64,000 nucleotides of DNA. Origin: Amoebophrya sp. A120 (Eukaryota; Protista; Dinoflagellata). This document shows, in pieces, positions 62,340 to 64,000 of this stretch (its first letter is position 1; every line of letters begins with the position of its first letter). The notes beneath the pieces were generated by a model, which was not told the DNA's origin, did not search any database, and worked only from the letters and a program-made list of their open reading frames with translations. The position numbers were made by a program, and so were the translations under genes. The stretch covers positions 7,797,882 through 7,861,881 of the forward strand of contig CAJINV010000003.1 of assembly GCA_905178155.1 (NCBI GenBank). Reading direction: 5' to 3'.

Positions 62340-62967
62340 GCTACAGGTTGCCTGGAGCTTCATTCTATTCTTGTCCTTAGATGTCATGCTTCCATTGCAT
62401 GTAAGACATAAGCATTCGCGGCCACAAATCAGCGCCTGAAATTCAGCTTCCGACTACGGAGAGGGGAAATTATTGCTCATGATGCCTGAACCCAGTTGCA
62501 ACTCCAGCAGTATGCTCTGCAAATATGTGTGGGACTAGAACATCGCCAGACTTCTCATGTCGCTGCCGTTTGCTGTGAATCCATCTTGCGGACTGAATAG
62601 TGCGGCTTCTTTGTATATGCAAATAACAGAAAAACGCGACCTCCTAGTATGGGGGCTGGGACCAGCGTTCACTTACCTGCCTGTGTACTGCAGTCATTGT
62701 GTCACTCGTGAAGCAGCGCTATAGCTCTGTCTCCAGGGCCAGCCTACTCCTAGTACATGTTTGCAGTTGATAAACAGGGTCGGCAGCGGTACGGAGGCTG
62801 GTTGTCCGTCCGGCGAAGCAGCAACCTTGTGCTGAGCAGACGCACTGCCCGCCTGATCTGACTTGGTGCTCGTCTCTGCCATAGTGTTGCCTGGCTACTT
62901 GTTACTTGTCGACTCTCATCCTGCTTCCAGAATTTCAAGAACGGAGAGCAGACACAGGAGAAAATAT

Positions 62968-63046
62968 GATGCCTAACCTTAGCAAAGAACGAAGCCGATG
63001 CCTAACTTTAACACGACGCCGATGCCTAACCTTAGCAAAGAACGAA
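62968..63046. repeat. Short tandem repeat GATGCCTAACCTTAGCAAAGAACGAA, 3 copies (middle one degenerate)
   Basis: Read directly from the sequence. Confidence 0.8.
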
Positions 63047-64000
63047 ATCAAGGGAAAGCACAAACCCTACGAACCGACCGTACGCGAGTAGCAAACCATT
63101 TATGGCGAGAGTTGTTTCTTCATACCTGCAGCTATGCCACATCAGTCGTCACACGAGACGTTTCTGCAAGTGCGTACCATTGATTTTTGCTGAATAGTAG
63201 CACAGGAATCACTTCTGTAGTATGCAATAACATAAGCGCTATTGGTACTTCCTGTCCCAGCATAGGGAGAGGACGAGAAAAAACATTTCGTCATCTCGAC
63301 TGCCGCCTCATGCTCCCGCGCGGAGAAAAAACAAAAACCGACACCCTGTAGTAGTGCCGACTCAAAAAAAAAACCAGGAGCCGAGGCAGGTGCTCAGAAT
63401 CTAATGCTCATGGTCACTCCAATTCTAATTCTTGGGCTGCTCATGCATTTTGAGAAGCACCAACGAATACCAAAACAAAGAACCGAGTAGTCGCTTGTTC
63501 TCAAAGAATGATCGCGATTTCCATTTCTACAACCGAGAACGGCGTATATAAAGCGGTGGACCGATCGCGGACTCGCGACTGACGAAACCGCGCAAGATGG
63601 ATTTCGCAGTACAAAAAAATCCGAGAAAAGAGGTGTGAGCTCGAGCGACCAGTCCTGAAAATGCGTGCTGTGCGTCCTGTGAGAATTACAGGGTGCCCCC
63701 TCGTCTAGGAGGTCCACGGCCATTTTGCCGTGGGCCAATATTTTCAAAGCTTCCCGATCATGGTATGCACCGCAGTTTGCATGAAGTTCGAAGGCATTCT
63801 CTTTCTTGTGCTCGTTCAGTACTAAAAGTAGTTGTCATCATTTCATCGCCCTGCGGATTCTCGGACCGGGCACCAAGAAGGTCGCCCATCAGGGAGGCGA
63901 CCTGGATCTTGTATAGTTAAAGTTAAACTTATGTATGCACTCGGTCAAATGAACACGGTAGACCGACAAGGACATTGTGTGAGGGAGGACCGGAAGACGG

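Overview
Eukaryotic nuclear DNA, standard genetic code, not prokaryotic; no CRISPR, rRNA or tRNA seen. All twelve reasonably supported protein genes lie on the minus strand. Many introns are non-GT-AG and bounded by inverted plus short direct repeats, which best fits the parasitic dinoflagellate Amoebophrya (Syndiniales); this is an inference. In window order the genes are: a large disordered membrane-anchored protein, a VOC/glyoxalase protein, an NADP-dependent alkenal/prostaglandin reductase, an ankyrin protein, a PDZ/Cys-cluster protein, CEP104, an unknown membrane protein, a START-like protein, an RPx[S/T]-rich protein, an RCC1-repeat + IQGAP/RasGAP-like fusion, an archaemetzincin-like pseudoprotease, and a giant 1-Cys peroxiredoxin whose fold is split by a ~590-aa insertion. 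The main system is at least two families of terminal-inverted-repeat (TIR) elements inserted in coding sequence: family A with a 3-bp target-site duplication (TSD) and family B with a 5-bp TSD. They restore the reading frame only if removed as element + one TSD copy with no GT-AG pair (introners). Copies range from fresh to decayed, and canonical donors are unusually biased to GTAY, like the family-A terminus. Beyond ~44 kb the introns are inflated by a 2.65-kb hAT-like element carrying a palindrome array, four co-oriented ~0.7-kb Helentron-like elements, and minisatellites. Splice models were derived by eye and need RNA-seq confirmation.
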